The translations under genes were made by a program, and so were the position numbers. A DNA stretch of 64,000 nucleotides. It comes from Eledone cirrhosa. Its lineage: Eukaryota. The notes under the pieces are model-generated. The model saw only the letters and a program-made list of their open reading frames with translations, searched no databases and was not told where the DNA came from. How positions within the stretch are numbered: the stretch's first letter is position 1; every line of letters starts with the position of its first letter. The DNA lies in assembly GCA_964016885.1 (NCBI GenBank), contig OZ024741.1, positions 142,104,001 through 142,168,000 of the forward strand, in the 5' to 3' direction. Shown here piece after piece: positions 1 through 14,934 of the stretch.

Positions 1-202
1 GCCACAAAATTTAAAAAAACAGGTTTTTCACCCCTAGGAGGGGTAAAGATGAGCTGACCCACCACCTGACAGTTCAGACGGGGGGTCAAGCTACACAATA
101 CTATCAAAATTAAAATTGAACTTACAAAATTTCCGCAATAAATTTGAACAAAACTTCTGCGCGAAGTGAATTACATCTACGCTGTAGAACAGACGACAGC
201 TA
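1..202 (+). mobile_element. Probable 3' end of a non-autonomous Helitron-like repeat (cut by window edge)
   Basis: Ends ...agacgacagCTAG near 199-202, like other Helitron 3' termini in this window; 5' end not visible. Confidence 0.35.
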
Positions 203-337
203 GAGTGATACAGAGATAGATAGATAGATATATATATATAGAGAGAGAGAGAAAGACAGAAAGAGAGTGAGAGATGCAAAGAATTATTCATTATATACAC
301 ATACACTATACACTATATACTACATTTACATACATAT

Positions 338-451
<114 letters not shown>

Positions 452-492
452 AGTCGTTCATTGACATAAATTCAATAGCCACCAAAACAGTT

Positions 493-573
493 TCCCCGGT
501 GGCACAATCGGTTAGCGCGCCGTACTTATAGACAGTACCTTCTTTGTGATAATCACATGATGGGAGATATGTG
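493..573 (+). pseudogene. tRNA-Ile(UAU) pseudogene, 3'-truncated just after the intron
   Basis: tCCCCGGTGGCACAATCGGTTAGCGCGCCGTACTTATA plus intron; T-arm and 3' acceptor strand absent. Confidence 0.85.
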
Positions 574-574
574 T

Positions 575-1089
575 TTAGCTTTTTTTTGCTACTTTACCCC
601 TGCAACACCGACCTTTTGACACCAAATTTTGACACGATTAAACTCCACCTACTTATTCACACTAAACACACACTCATCAAAATGCCACTTGGACCATTAC
701 TATGAATAGTAAAATAATTTTCTAGTTTAATCAAGTGAATTCGATGGAATCCTGACCTGTTAAATACCACTTCAACATTTACCACCACACCTATATAAGA
801 AGAAAGTTTGATAGAAAATTCATATATGTTCAAACTGATCACAGAAATTTATTATACTTATTCACCAACCAACCAAATTACTTCTCTAAAAACCTAGCAT
901 TTCGAGCCACTTTTTTTCCATATAAAACAGAAGTAACATTCAAACACCAACCAGATGTGAGAAAAACCACAAACCCTCCAACTCAATTCTACTTTTGAAA
1001 AGCACAAGAACTGCGAAACCGGTAAAGGAACCAAATAGATATATTTAAAAAAAAAAGATCCCAGTTGCATTTTTGATTTCATTTTTTTC

Positions 1090-1092
<3 letters not shown>
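575..1092. repeat. Dispersed repeat of unknown class; related copies at 15387-15762 (direct) and about 23500-23735 (inverted, partial)
   Basis: Shared blocks such as aattcgatggaatcctgacctgttaaataccacttc. Confidence 0.7.
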
Positions 1093-1291
<199 letters not shown>

Positions 1292-1329
1292 ATAGTTAAA
1301 AGAATAGAGGTGTAACACACAAGTTATTA

Positions 1330-2652
<1,323 letters not shown>

Positions 2653-2750
2653 GGGAGGTAGAGAGAAGAGGGTAGAAAGAGAGATGCAAAAGTTGTTCGG
2701 AGAGGGGGAGGAGAGAGAGAATTAGTCGTTTATTGACATAAATTTAATAA

Positions 2751-2853
2751 GCACAATCGGTTAGCACTCCGTACTTCTAGACATTACCTTCCTTGTGTTA
2801 ATCACATGACGGGAGATATGTGGAGCTTGTGAGTTCGAGCCTCACCCAGGGCA
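2751..2853 (+). pseudogene. tRNA-Ile-derived pseudogene lacking the 5' acceptor strand, anticodon changed to TCT
   Basis: GCACAATCGGTTAGCACTCCGTACTTCTAG...GTGAGTTCGAGCCTCACCCAGGGCA. Confidence 0.85.
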
Positions 2854-3399
2854 GATATACTTCCTTTTTTTTTCATTTAAGCAGCCATCTATATTAATTA
2901 CTTATCAAATTTCCTGATATATGTATGTATATATAGAGTGAACAATTTTTTGCATCTCTCTTTCTCACACACACACACACATGTATGGGAGCTGTGTCAC
3001 AAAGAATACTGGCCTTTCTGTTCAGGACCAAATAATATTTCATCAACCACCCCCTATGAACAATACTCAATACTCAATGAAGTATTGGTCCCAAAATAAT
3101 GAAGATATCAACAACAGCGAAATTTGAACACAAAACAATGAAAGACACTCTACCGACTTTTACCAACCACTATCTATTTAGAGAATTTATACCCCCCCCC
3201 CCCCCCAACATACTGACCCAGGCTATGTTTGTATTCGCAACACCCAAAATAAACAACTGGTGTGTAAAACACAAATACTAATCATAGATATGTAATAAAT
3301 ATACAACTTTACAAGATGGATGCAATCAGGAAATTTGATAAATAACTAATATAGATGACTGCTTAAATGAAAACAAAAAAAAAAAAGTAAAGTAATTTC

Positions 3400-3511
3400 T
3401 GCCCTGGGTGAGGTTCGAACTCACAACCTCCGCATATCTCCTATCTTATGATTAACACAAGGAAGGTACTGTCTATAAGTACGGCGCGCTAACCGATTGT
3501 GCCACCGGGGC
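3400..3511 (-). tRNA. tRNA-Ile-TAT: tRNA-Ile(UAU) with 38-nt intron, full length
   Basis: A box, CCGTA-CTTATA/A-TGCGG anticodon arm, GTGAG-TTCGAAC-CTCAC T arm, downstream T-run; C5.A68 and A12.C23 mismatches. Confidence 0.8.
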
Positions 3512-3732
3512 AGTTGTTTGATGGTCATTAAGTTTATGTCAATGAACGAAAAATTCTCTCTCCTCTCTTTCTTTTCGTATATATGTATGTATATATAGTG
3601 AACAATTTTTTGCATCTCTCTATCTCTCTAATAAATATACAACTTTACAAGATGGCTGCATCAGGAAATTTGATAAATAACTAATATAGATGGCTGCTTA
3701 AATGAAAAAAAAAAAAAATGAAAAGTAATTTC

Positions 3733-3844
3733 TGCCCTCGGTGAGGTTCGAACTCACAACCTCCGCATATCTCCTATCTTATGATTAACACAAGGAAGGT
3801 ACTGTCTATAAGTACGGCGCGATAACCGATTGTGCCACCGGGGC
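3733..3844 (-). tRNA. tRNA-Ile-TAT: tRNA-Ile(UAU) with intron, extra stem mismatches (likely pseudogene); part of a 333-bp local duplication
   Basis: Same body with GGTTATCGC in the D arm and CCGAGGGCA 3' end. Confidence 0.65.
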
Positions 3845-4420
3845 ATTTGCTAGATGGACATTTAGTTTATGTCAATGAACGAAAAAATTCTCTCTCCTCT
3901 CTTTCGTTTCGTATATATGTATGTATATATAGTGAACAATTTTTTGCATCTCTCTATCTCTTTCTCTGTGTGCGTGTGTGCGTGTGCGTGATAATGTGTG
4001 CGTTTGTATACATATATATATACATATATCGGTGTCTGTGATCTATATACACTGTTCATAGACACACACACACACGCATACACACACATATATATATATA
4101 TACGCAAACACTCACCTATATATATTCACAACACCACTAGCTCTCTCTCTCTTCTATTCTCCCTCTCTCTATGTCTCTATTTCAATCTACTCTCTCACAA
4201 CTAGTATCTCTTTCTCTCTATTCTTTTCTCTCCCTCTGTTTATGAAGGTACAAAGAAAAACCCCACATCTCAGGACGCCGTGCCCCGATTTACGCGAAAT
4301 TTGTTTTATTCCATTTGTATTACCATTTCACGGGCAACTTTCTTTCAAAGTATTTTCCCTTTATGTGCCGTTTTGGCTGTATTAAATTACAGACAAGCAC
4401 ACAATCACAGAGTTTTAGTA

Positions 4421-4466
<46 letters not shown>

Positions 4467-4569
4467 AAGAGGGGGAGGTAAAGAGAAGAGGGTAGAAATA
4501 GAGATGCAAAAGTTGTTCGGAGGGGGTTGGGGGGAGAGAATTAGTCGTTTATTGACATAAATTTAATAT

Positions 4570-4672
4570 GCACAATCGGTTAGCACTCCGTACTTCTAGA
4601 CATTACCTTCCTTGTGTTAATCACATGACGGGAGATATGTGGAGCTTGTGAGTTCGAGCCTCACCCAGGGCA
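4570..4672 (+). pseudogene. tRNA-Ile-derived pseudogene, 5'-truncated, anticodon TCT
   Basis: Copy of 2751-2853. Confidence 0.85.
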
Positions 4673-4941
4673 GATATACTTCCTTTTTTTTCATTTAAGC
4701 AGCCATCTATATTAATTACTTATCAAATTTCCTGATATATGTATGTATATATAGAGTGAACAATTTTTTGCATCTCTCTTTCTCTCCGTCCCCCACCCTC
4801 TCTGTGCGCGTGTGTGCGTGGTATTTTTTCTTTTTTCATCATTTAAGCAGTCATCTATATTAGTTATTTATCAAATTTCCTGATTGCATCCATCTTGTAA
4901 AGTTGAATATTTATTACTTATGTATAATTAGTATTTACAAA

Positions 4942-5026
<85 letters not shown>

Positions 5027-5449
5027 GGGAGCTGTGTCACAAAGAATATACTGGCCTTTCTGTTCAGGACCAAATAATATTTCATCAACCACCCCCTATG
5101 AACAATATTCAATACTCAATGAAGTATTGGTCCCAAAATATTGAAGAAGGATATCAACAACAGCGAAATTTGAACACAAAACAATGAAAGACACTCTACC
5201 GACTTTTACCAACCACTATCTATTTAGAGAATTTATACCCCCCCCCCCCGCCCCCAACATACTAACCCAGGCTATGTTTGTATTCGCAACACCCAAAATA
5301 AACAACTGGTGTGTAAAACACAAATACTAATCATAGATATGTAATAAATATATAACTTTACAAGATGGATGCAATCAGGAAATTTGATAAATAACTAATA
5401 TAGATGGCTGCTTAAATGAAAAAAAAAAAAAAAAATGAAAAGTAATTTC

Positions 5450-5561
5450 TGCCCTGAGTGAGGTTCGAACTCACAACCTCCGCATATCTCCTATCTTATG
5501 ATTAACACAAGGAAGGTACTGTCTATAAGTACGGCGCGCTAACCGATTGTGCCACCGAGGC
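5450..5561 (-). tRNA. tRNA-Ile-TAT: tRNA-Ile(UAU) with intron (acceptor variant GCCTCGG/TCAGGGC)
   Basis: Full-length 112-nt copy. Confidence 0.7.
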
Positions 5562-6106
5562 AGTTGTTTGATAGTCATTAAGTTTATGTCAATGAACGAA
5601 AAATTCTCTCTCCTCTCTTTCTTTTCGTATATATGTATGTATATATAGTGAACAATTTTTTGCATCTCTCTATCTCTCTCTCTGTGTGCGTGATAATGTG
5701 TGTGTTTGTATACATATATATATACATATGTCGGTGTCTGTGATCATAGACACACACACACACGCATACACACACATATATATATATACGCAAACACTCA
5801 CCTATATATATTCACAACAACACCAGCTCTCTCTCTCTTCTATTCTCCCTCTCTCTATGTCTCTATTTCAATCTACTCTCTCACAACCACTATCTCTTTC
5901 TCTCTATCCTTTTCTCTCCCTCTGTTTATGAAGGTACAAAGAAAAACCCCACATCTCAGGACGCCGTGCCCCGATTTACGCGAAACTTGTTTTATTCCAT
6001 TTGTATTACCATTTCACGGGCAACTTTCTTTCAAAGTATTTTCCCTTTATGTGCCGTTTTGGCTGTATTAAATTACAGACAAGCACACAATCACAGAGTT
6101 TTAGTA

Positions 6107-6176
<70 letters not shown>

Positions 6177-6270
6177 GAGGTAGAGAGAAGAGGGTAGAAA
6201 GAGAGATGCAAAAGTTGTTCGGAGAGGGGGGGGGGAGAGAATTAGTCGTTTATTGACATAAATTTAATAA

Positions 6271-6373
6271 GCACAATCGGTTAGCACTCCGTACTTCTAG
6301 ACATTACCTTCCTTGTGTTAATCACATGACGGGAGATATGTGGAGCTTGTGAGTTCGAGCCTCACCCAGGGCA
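6271..6373 (+). pseudogene. tRNA-Ile-derived pseudogene, 5'-truncated, anticodon TCT
   Basis: Copy of 2751-2853. Confidence 0.85.
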
Positions 6374-6642
6374 GATATACTTCCTTTTTTTTCATTTAAG
6401 CAGCCATCTATATTAATTACTTATCAAATTTCCTGATATATGTATGTATATATAAAGTGAACAATTTTTTGCATCTCTCTTTCTCTCCGTCCCCCACTCT
6501 CTCTGTGCGCGTGTGTGCGTGGTATTTTTTCTTTTTTCATCATTTAAGCAGTCATCTATATTAGTTATTTATCAAATTTCCTGATTGCATCCATCTTGTA
6601 AAGTTGAATATTTATTACTTATGTATAATTAGTATTTACAAA

Positions 6643-6733
<91 letters not shown>

Positions 6734-7148
6734 GGGAGCTGTGTCACAAAGAATACTGGCCTTTCTGTTCAGGACCAAATAATATTTCAGCAACCACCCC
6801 CTATGAACAATACTCAATACTCAATGAAGTATTGGTCCCAAAATAATGAAGAAGGATATCAACAACAGCGAAATTTGAACACAGAACAATGAAAGACACT
6901 CTACCGACTTTTACCAACCACTATCTATTTAGAGAATTTATACACCCCCCCCCCCCAACATACTGACCCAGGCTATGTTTGTATTCGCAACACCCAAAAT
7001 AAACAACTGGTGTGTAAAACACAAATACTAATCATAGATATGTAATAAATATACAACCTTACAAGATGGATGCAATCAGGAAATTTGATAAATAACTAAT
7101 ATAGATGGCTGCTTAAATGAAAAAAAAAAAAAAATGACATGTTATTTC

Positions 7149-7260
7149 TGCCCTGAGTGAGGTTCGAACTCACAACCTCCGCATATCTTCTATCTTATGA
7201 TTAACACAAGGAAGGTACTGTCTATAAGCACGGGGCGCTAACCGATTGTGCCACTGGGGC
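7149..7260 (-). tRNA. tRNA-Ile-TAT: tRNA-Ile(UAU) with intron, several substitutions
   Basis: Full-length 112-nt copy with G26C and A31G changes. Confidence 0.6.
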
Positions 7261-7855
7261 AGTTGTTTGATGGTCATTAAGTTTATGTCAATGAACGAAA
7301 AATTCTCTCTCCTCTCTTTCTTTTCGTATATATGTATGTATATATAGTGAACAATTTTTTGCATCTCTCTATCTCTCTCTCTGTGTGCGTGTGTGCGTGT
7401 GCGTGATAATGTGTGCGTTTGTATACATATATAGATATACATATGTCGGTGTCTGTGATCTATATACACTGTTCATAGACACACACACACACACGCATAC
7501 ACACACATATATATATACGCAAACACTCACCTATATATATTCACAACACCACCAGCTCTCTCTCTTCTATTCTCCTTCTCTGTCTCCTCTCCCTCTCTCT
7601 ATGTCTCTATTTCAATCTACTCTCTCACAACCACTATCTCTTTCTCTCTATCCTTTTCTCTCCCTCTGTTTATTAAGGTACAAAGAAAAACCCCATATCT
7701 CGGGAACCCGTGCCCCGATTTACGCGAAACTTGTTTTATTCCATTTGTATTACCATTTCACGGGCAACCTTCTTTCAAAGTATTTTCCCTTTATGTGCCG
7801 TTTTGGCTGTATTAAATTACAGACAAGCACACAATCACAGAGTTTTAGTAGTATA

Positions 7856-7972
7856 CTAGACGACCCGTGACACGTTGCGTTATGTTCACTTAAAACTATT
7901 TTTAAAAAATCAATGTTCACATAAAAATAATCACACAATAAGCTCATAATCAGAGTTTTAGAAGCATATAGA
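7856..7972 (-). mobile_element. Miniature non-autonomous Helitron (about 117 bp)
   Basis: Minus strand starts TC(tatatgcttctaaaac) and ends cacgggtcgtCTAG; flanked by A and T; ends resemble those of 22469-23098. Confidence 0.6.
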
Positions 7973-8169
7973 TACATAGATATTTCTTTTGTGAAGCAAG
8001 AGACTCCTTGTCTTCATTATGACATCTTTCTAGAATGTCACTATGATATAAAACCTGTGATTTCGTTTGCATCCAGTGATGTAGATCAGTTCTTCCTTTT
8101 TGGTAAATGCATTCGATGTTCAGAGGATGGGATTGGCTCCATGCAAAGCCTTTCCCCACTTAAAAAAGA

Positions 8170-8209
<40 letters not shown>

Positions 8210-8214
8210 TTTAG

Positions 8215-8537
8215 GCCTCCATCACTAATGACCATGGTTTACACCCAGAAAGTTTTCCTCCGAGGCACAGACTGGGTAAGGTTTGTTTGTGGAAGATCAG
8301 CAGTCGCTCATGCATACCAGTCTCCCCTCCCCACGCCGCCGATGTTGTCCAAGGAAAAGGCAATGGCCGATACAGCTTGGCACAAGTGAGGTTGCAATTC
8401 ATTTCTACAGCTGAGTGAACTGAGTGAACGTGAAATAAAGTGTCTTGCTCAGGGAATAACGTATCACCCGATCCGAGAATCGAACTCACAACCTCTCAAT
8501 TGCAAGCTCAAGACTTTAACCACTACGCCATGCGCAT
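8215..8537 (-). mobile_element. tRNA-derived SINE; related tRNA-head SINEs at about 13380-13665(-), 37272-37520(+), 51028-51320(+)
   Basis: Minus strand reads gcgcatggcgtagtggttaaag (A box)...gtgagttcgattctc (B box) followed by a repeat body. Confidence 0.65.
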
Positions 8538-9646
8538 TCAATATATGGAATCGTGAAGAAATTTTTCGCCTGGTTTTTTTCGCGTTTTCAACTAATCCGT
8601 CCTCCATCATGCTTGCAATCGCCTTCTTTTCCGAAAACAGAATGGGGGGAGGTGCGAGAGGGAGAACTTTCAGATTTCCCCAGCTGTGGAGATTGCTTCA
8701 GTTCGAATAACAGAAGCGGGAAGGGAGGTGGGGATACTCAGATTCACAGAGAAGCACTTCTCAGCCGTTTAAATTTATAGAAAAGGACTCCCTTGATACT
8801 GTAGGATGTTTGATTCTTCGTCATTTTGTCATGTTGTGGAAAGCGTTGTAAGCTTAATTAATTGTTTCCTAATTTATAAATCCACCATTCCAATGAGGAG
8901 TGGCTGTGTGAAAGAGCAATCCTTGTCCTCCAAAACATCACAGTGAATGCCATCAATAAAATCGCTCACACGTGATCCCTGGAGGTAGCCAGACCTATAA
9001 ATCTATCGACAATATTTTATCATTTTCCTAGGATACATTTTTCTATTATTTTCTTTATTACTTTCTGTATGAAGATATTCTGAATATTTAAAAATAAATT
9101 ATGTTATGCAATATTTAAATACCTTTTAACGCCTTTTATTCCAAGGAAAATGGACATTAAGACAGTTGACAATGTGCCTTATAAATAGATCTGAGCACAG
9201 TACAGACCGGGGCGAAATTCGGGAGGCCGCTAGTATATATATATATATATATATATATATGTAATTATAATAATAATAATAATAATTATTATTATTATTA
9301 TTATTATGTAATAAACAACACAATACAATTATTCCATTTACCAAAGGTTTCACGAAGACAGGCGACCTGAACAGAGGTGTCCGAAGTCGTTCATTAGAAA
9401 GAAAAATTTAATATGGATGTGAGATATGAAATTAAAAACAAAAGCTATTACAATTGAAAACGAAGCTGAAATAAGATTAAAAAATAATAAAATAATTAAA
9501 TAAAATAAAATAACGCGAAAAAAAAATATATATACACACACAGACGCAGGACATAAGGTTAGGGGGTAAAAATATTTACACACATATATAGCTCTGTACC
9601 TTACATAGAGCAATCTTCCTTCCTTTACCTTTTCTACGAAAACACG

Positions 9647-9696
<50 letters not shown>

Positions 9697-9791
9697 GAGA
9701 GAGAGAGAGAGAGAGAGAAGGAGGAGGGAGAGATATGCACAGCAACTCGATTAGTTCTTGCTATATGGCAGCTACAAATCGATTCATACCT

Positions 9792-9859
<68 letters not shown>

Positions 9860-9933
9860 TATTGAAATTTCAGTTAGAAACAGAAAAGGTCATAGAAATG
9901 AAGAGTGCTCTATGTCAGTATCAGAGCAAAATT

Positions 9934-10179
9934 TAATGTATAAAATCAATACAATATTATTACCTCATTACCAGAGGTTTCCCGAATGAGGCGAATACGA
10001 AATAAACGACTTCATTTTCTATATATTTTTTTTGATTTTCTTGATGTGTTTTTCTAAGTATTTGCCCATGTTTTATATTGCCTCGTCTGACGAACGAATG
10101 AAGTCGTTTATTTCGTATTCGCCTCATTCGGGAAACCTCTGGTAATGAGGTAATAATATTGTATTGATTTTATACATTA
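9934..10179. repeat. 83-bp inverted repeat with 80-bp spacer containing a hammerhead-like core; probable PLE-derived relic
   Basis: 9934-10016 is the reverse complement of 10097-10179; CTGACGA at 10087 and GAAA at 10132. Confidence 0.8.
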
Positions 10180-10429
10180 TATATATATATATATATATAT
10201 TAAAATACAAATATTAATAAAATGGATGTTATTTTGATCAATTAATTCTTTAGTTCTATTCATTACTCATGAAGAAGCTTGGAAGAATATTAATACAAGC
10301 TGAAAACGCTCAAGCTCGCGGGGGAATCTCCACTTCATTAATATACCCAGTCTGCATGCCACCAGGCATCGAGTACTACACGAAAAAATACAAACACGTG
10401 GCGTGGGACAGTGCAATGATCTCAGTCTT

Positions 10430-12358
10430 CGAATTCACCATTCTATATGTCAGCATCAATCGCATTCACTGTGGATGCCTCTAATACAGCTGTTGGAGTT
10501 GTTTTGGAACAACACATCAATGGTCAGTGGCGACCTCTAGTTTTCTGCAGTCGACAACTGCGACCAACTGAACAGAAATATAATACTTTCGACAGGGAGT
10601 TGTTAGTCGCTCATTTAGGTGTCTGATATTTTCGTTTCCTTTTGGAAATTCGATGTTTACAGACCTCAAACCACTTAATTTCGCTATCAACAAGCTATCG
10701 AAGCCATAGTCTGCACGTCAACAACGACAGTTATCAGCCATTTATGAGTACACTACTAACATTCAGCGCATATCTGGAGAAAGCAACCCAGTTGCTGATG
10801 CACTCTCCCGACCCTCTATTGACTCTGACACCTACATACTCTCGATAACTGAAGGTCTTGACTATGAGGCTATGGTCGTAGCTCACCAAACAGATGATGA
10901 CGTCAGGGCCTACCGCATCGCTGTCAATTCCCTTTCCTTGCATTTTAGTTCCAACAGAACAACCCTCCTTTGCGATGTATCCACCGAGAAACCACGACCA
11001 ATCGCTCCATTAGCTTGGCGTCGAAAATATTTTTACACCATTCTCAGACTCTCCCATCATGGTACCAGAGCCACACGGCACCAGATGTCGTGCAAATTAT
11101 CCTGGCATGGCATGGTCAAGCACATTGGGAATGGATAAAAGCCTGTATTCCCTGCCAACAAACCAAAATCCATTAGCATACCAAAGCACCTCTCAGCAGC
11201 TATGAACTTCCATAGGACAATTTTGGCTATATCAACTTCACCTCGCTGGCCCCATACCAACTTTGTTGGGTTGCTCATGCCTACTGATCATTGTGGGCCG
11301 CTTCACTCGTTGGCCTGAGGCCGTACATCTCCGCAGCATGGAATCACAAGAAATCACCCACGCCTTCGTTACAAGCCGGGTCGCTCGTTTCGGTCTCTCA
11401 GATAGCATCTTATCCGACCGCGGATCTCAATTAACCTCGAAGCTGTGGAATGAGATGTGTGAGCTTTTTGGCATCAACACGAAACACAAAACAGCCTATC
11501 ATTCCCAGGCCACTGGCTTAGGGTAGAGATCTCACTGCTTCTTAAGGAAATCCTTCATCACTAGACTTAATGGGTCTAACTGTATCAACCAGCTTCCATA
11601 GGTAATGCTGGGAATCCGCACTGCCCCAAAGGAAGACCCAAATACTTCTTCTGCAGAAATAGTTTACGGCGCTCTGCTCACTGTACAGGAAGAATTCAGT
11701 CCAAACACGAAGTCAGACCAAAAAGTATCTTGAACAGCTGGGAGACAACATGGGCCAATTACACCCTACTCCCACGTCAACGCATGGTAAACCAAGGTCC
11801 TCTGTACCAAATCACCTCTAAAAGGCGAAGTGTGTTTTCATTCGTCGCGATGCACGGTGAAAACACCTTCAGCCACCCTATGATGGACCATACGAGGTGA
11901 TTCTACCAGGAGACAAGTCATTTTAACTCTGGTTGGAGGACGAGAGGACACGGTTTCCATCGATAGATTGAAACCAGCCCATCCTGACATTGGCAGTCCC
12001 GTTCAAGTAGCTCAACTACAAAACAAAGGGCGTCCTAGTCAAGTCACTCCGATCCCTGACGACGAACAGTCGCCAAAGAGCCAACTGCACGCACGGATCG
12101 GGTGGTAAAAACACCTTATCGGTTTTAATGACAATCAACATTTCTGAGGGGGTGGGGAGGCTATGTAGAGCATTAACCACGAGCTTGTAAAAGACGAAGT
12201 TGTTATTGAACTGGTCAGGATAAAACAGACTTCCAGTGAGGCGGGTAACAAGACCTGAACTTTAGGAATAGATTACTCATTCTTACGTTTGTCAATGCTT
12301 GTCACCCAACAGTTCAACAAATCGCAGTTTGTTTTTATTTTGCATTTAGTTAACTACA
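10430..12358 (+). mobile_element. Decayed Ty3/Gypsy LTR retrotransposon 3' half (RNase H, integrase, PPT, 3' LTR)
   Basis: DASNTAVGVVLEQ...FDRELL (RNase H); LSHHG..CIPCQQTK, RFTRWPEA, SDRGSQ, TAYHSQATG, PYDGPY, VSIDRLKP (integrase) with stops and frameshifts; PPT gagggggtggggagg 12146-12160; LTR TGTAG...CTACA 12164-12358. Confidence 0.9.
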
Positions 12359-12544
12359 CGAGGCAATGTTATTTTAGTTATTTAATAATAGTTCATTGAT
12401 TATTTTTACGACTATCAAATTGTTCTCACCATTTATAGGATAAAATGTATCTTTGTGTTTAGATTTCGATTTCCAGTTATACTTAGTTGATTTTCTATTT
12501 CTATATCCCGTACGTTACAACACCTCATCCACAACTGCATACAT

Positions 12545-12961
12545 TTCTTCTTCTTCTTCTTCTTCTTCTTCTTCTTCTTCTTCTTCTTCTTCTTCTTCTT
12601 CTTCTTCTTCCAGTGGGTCCTATCAGAAGCAACCATCTCCAAGTGATCCCCAAGCGAGACCAGCCAAGCTCACGGATGTTATCCATCTTGCTCGGAGTCT
12701 ACCCCTGGGTCGCCTGCCAGTTGGTTTTGCCTGTAAAATCTGACCAGCGATTCTTTCCTGAGACATTCTAACCACATGCCTATAGTATCGGAGCTGTGAT
12801 CTCTCAATTCGGAGAAATAGCGGCTCTACCTGGAGTGACTCTCTGATCTCCGAGTTACGCACTTTATCGAGTACCGTTACACCATAGACTCTTCGGAGGA
12901 ATCCCATTTCGGTAGCTTGTATTCGCGATCGTATTTTTTCGGTCATTATCCATAACTGCAT
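12545..12961 (-). mobile_element. RTE-clade LINE 3' fragment with (GAA)n tail
   Basis: RIQATEMGFLRRVYGVTVLDKVRNSEIRE...QLRYYRHVVRM...RPRGR; (TTC)n on + strand. Confidence 0.85.
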
Positions 12962-13697
12962 ACACTCATACGTTCATCCTTTCACTAATCACCACACAGT
13001 TCCGTCACCAAATTATACATTGCTTTATACAGACACCTCACATCTATCACATTATCTATCCACCCATTCACTCAACACTACATCCATCCACACATCATTT
13101 CACATACCATCCCATCACTTTATCCCCCTTTTACATCCTTTTACTTAGTCCCCATCTCTTTATTCATATACCACCACTTCAACCACTTACCCATCAGTTC
13201 ATTCACATAGCCAATTCTCTCTTAAATCACAACGGTCTGTCTTGAGACAGAAAGTATGTATTGTATAATGAAGTCCTAGATATAATATAGTTTAGAAAAA
13301 TAAGTGTTTCATCTTGTGTGCTAACCTGGGCCTAAACAACAATATAAATAAAATAGTAAGTCAGAAATGTTTTCGATTTGAAATTAAAACTGCGTCGATA
13401 TTTCCAGAATTTACATTCTGCGTGTTCCAGTTGTTCGAACTACGGAACAACCTGTTTGTGAAATTAGCGTGCAAGTGGCTGAACATTCCACTGACACGTG
13501 GTTCTTGTGGAGATTCAGCAGGTCCTTTTGAATTACAAGCACAACTCATTTTTGCCAGCCGATTGGACTGGAGCAGGGTGAAATAAGATTTCTTGCGTCA
13601 GCAGGACTGGAATTTACGACCTTATCTGTCAGCTGAACCCCTAACAACTAAGCCACGTGCCTTCACTTTCCATTCTACACCACACCACGTTCTCTAC

Positions 13698-13806
13698 CAC
13701 TTAAGTAGTAAAATCGTTTAGTCCGCCATATCTTAGACATTTTATATATACTTTTTACGTATATTAGCAAGTTCGGAGGTTGTGTCTTCGAGCCTCACCT
13801 AGGGCA
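13698..13806 (+). pseudogene. Highly decayed tRNA-Ile(UAU) relic
   Basis: aatcgtttagtccgcc...cggaggttgtgtcttcgagcctcacctagggca followed by a T-run. Confidence 0.6.
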
Positions 13807-14215
13807 GTAGTATTTTCCTTTTTTTTTTTCTTTAATGTTAGTAAATATAGTTAATAGATTATTAATATGGTAATCAGTTTTATTTCACAATTTATAGAAT
13901 GAAATATATCCGTGTGTTTAGGTTTCGATTTCTACTTGTACTGATTTCACTTGACTCACAACACACGGGTATCTAATATCTCTTCTATCATGGCTTCTCA
14001 TCAACTCATCAACCAGGGACCTCGTTTGCCTTAGAAATGTGAGGGGGACAAACTAACGTGAATCTTAACGGAGCATGTTAGTATTGCTAATGGTGCCTTT
14101 CCCGGACTCTATCACATAAGTAAAATTTTACGCCGCTAATTACATTTTATATATTCAAATGAATTTCAGATATAAAAAGATAAGCTTAAACAGAATTTAT
14201 TATATCAATAAATAA

Positions 14216-14850
14216 GGGCGGTGGGTTGGCAGTATCAGTAGCGGGTCGGACGCCATGCTTTGACGCAAAGAGTTACGTCCCTTTATGATCTGAGTTCAAA
14301 TCCCGCCGAGGTTAACTTTGCCTTTCATCCTTACGGGATCGATAAAATAAAGTACCAGTAATGTACTGGGAAATTGCTGGCTTTGTGCCAAAAGTAGAAA
14401 CAATTATATCAAATAAACAAAATATAAAATATAGACGTTTGAAAAAGTGGTGGTGGTGGTGGTGGTGGTGGTGGTCTTGTCCCCTGGTACCCCTCCTCCC
14501 CGAAACAAGACTCTTTTATCCGCGCGTGATATATTAGTTATCACATTCAGTTCACGATCGATTCCTGGACCGGGCGGATTTGAACTCAGATCATAAAGGG
14601 CCGTAACTCTATGCTACAAAGAATAGTGTCAGACCCTCTACCGATACTGCCAAACCACAACATAATAATTGTTTCTACTTTTGGCACAAGGCCAGCAATT
14701 ACCCCAGTCTATTACTGGTACTTTATTTTATCGACCCCGTAAGGATGAAAGGCAAAGTTAACCTCGGCGGGATTTGAACTCAGACCATAAAGGGACATAA
14801 CTCTTTGCTGCAAACATGGCGTCAGACCCTCTATCGATACTGCCAATCCT
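14216..14850. mobile_element. Two tRNA-derived SINEs of one family in inverted orientation (14216-14407 +, 14665-14850 -); further copies at 21642-21858(-) and 52177-52354(+)
   Basis: ctgagttcaaatcccgccgaggttaactttgcctttcatcctta...aaagtaccagta shared by all copies. Confidence 0.8.
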
Positions 14851-14934
14851 AATGTAATATATACATATATATATAAAGAAAGAGAGAGAGAATTAGTCGT
14901 TCATTGACATAAATTTAATAGTCATCCAGCAGCT

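Noticed and set aside
2751-2853. Calling the TCT copies genuine tRNA-Arg(UCU)
   Set aside because: Body and intron are those of the Ile(UAU) gene and the acceptor stem is missing or broken
2985-3300. Spacer between convergent tRNAs as a decayed PLE RT fragment (WPFCSGPNNIS...)
   Set aside because: Resemblance too weak to support without a profile search
3421-3615. Recurrent 64-aa ORF MQKIVHYIYIH...RRL (also 5471, 7170, 20150)
   Set aside because: It reads through the repeated tRNA gene and its flank; recurrence reflects DNA duplication
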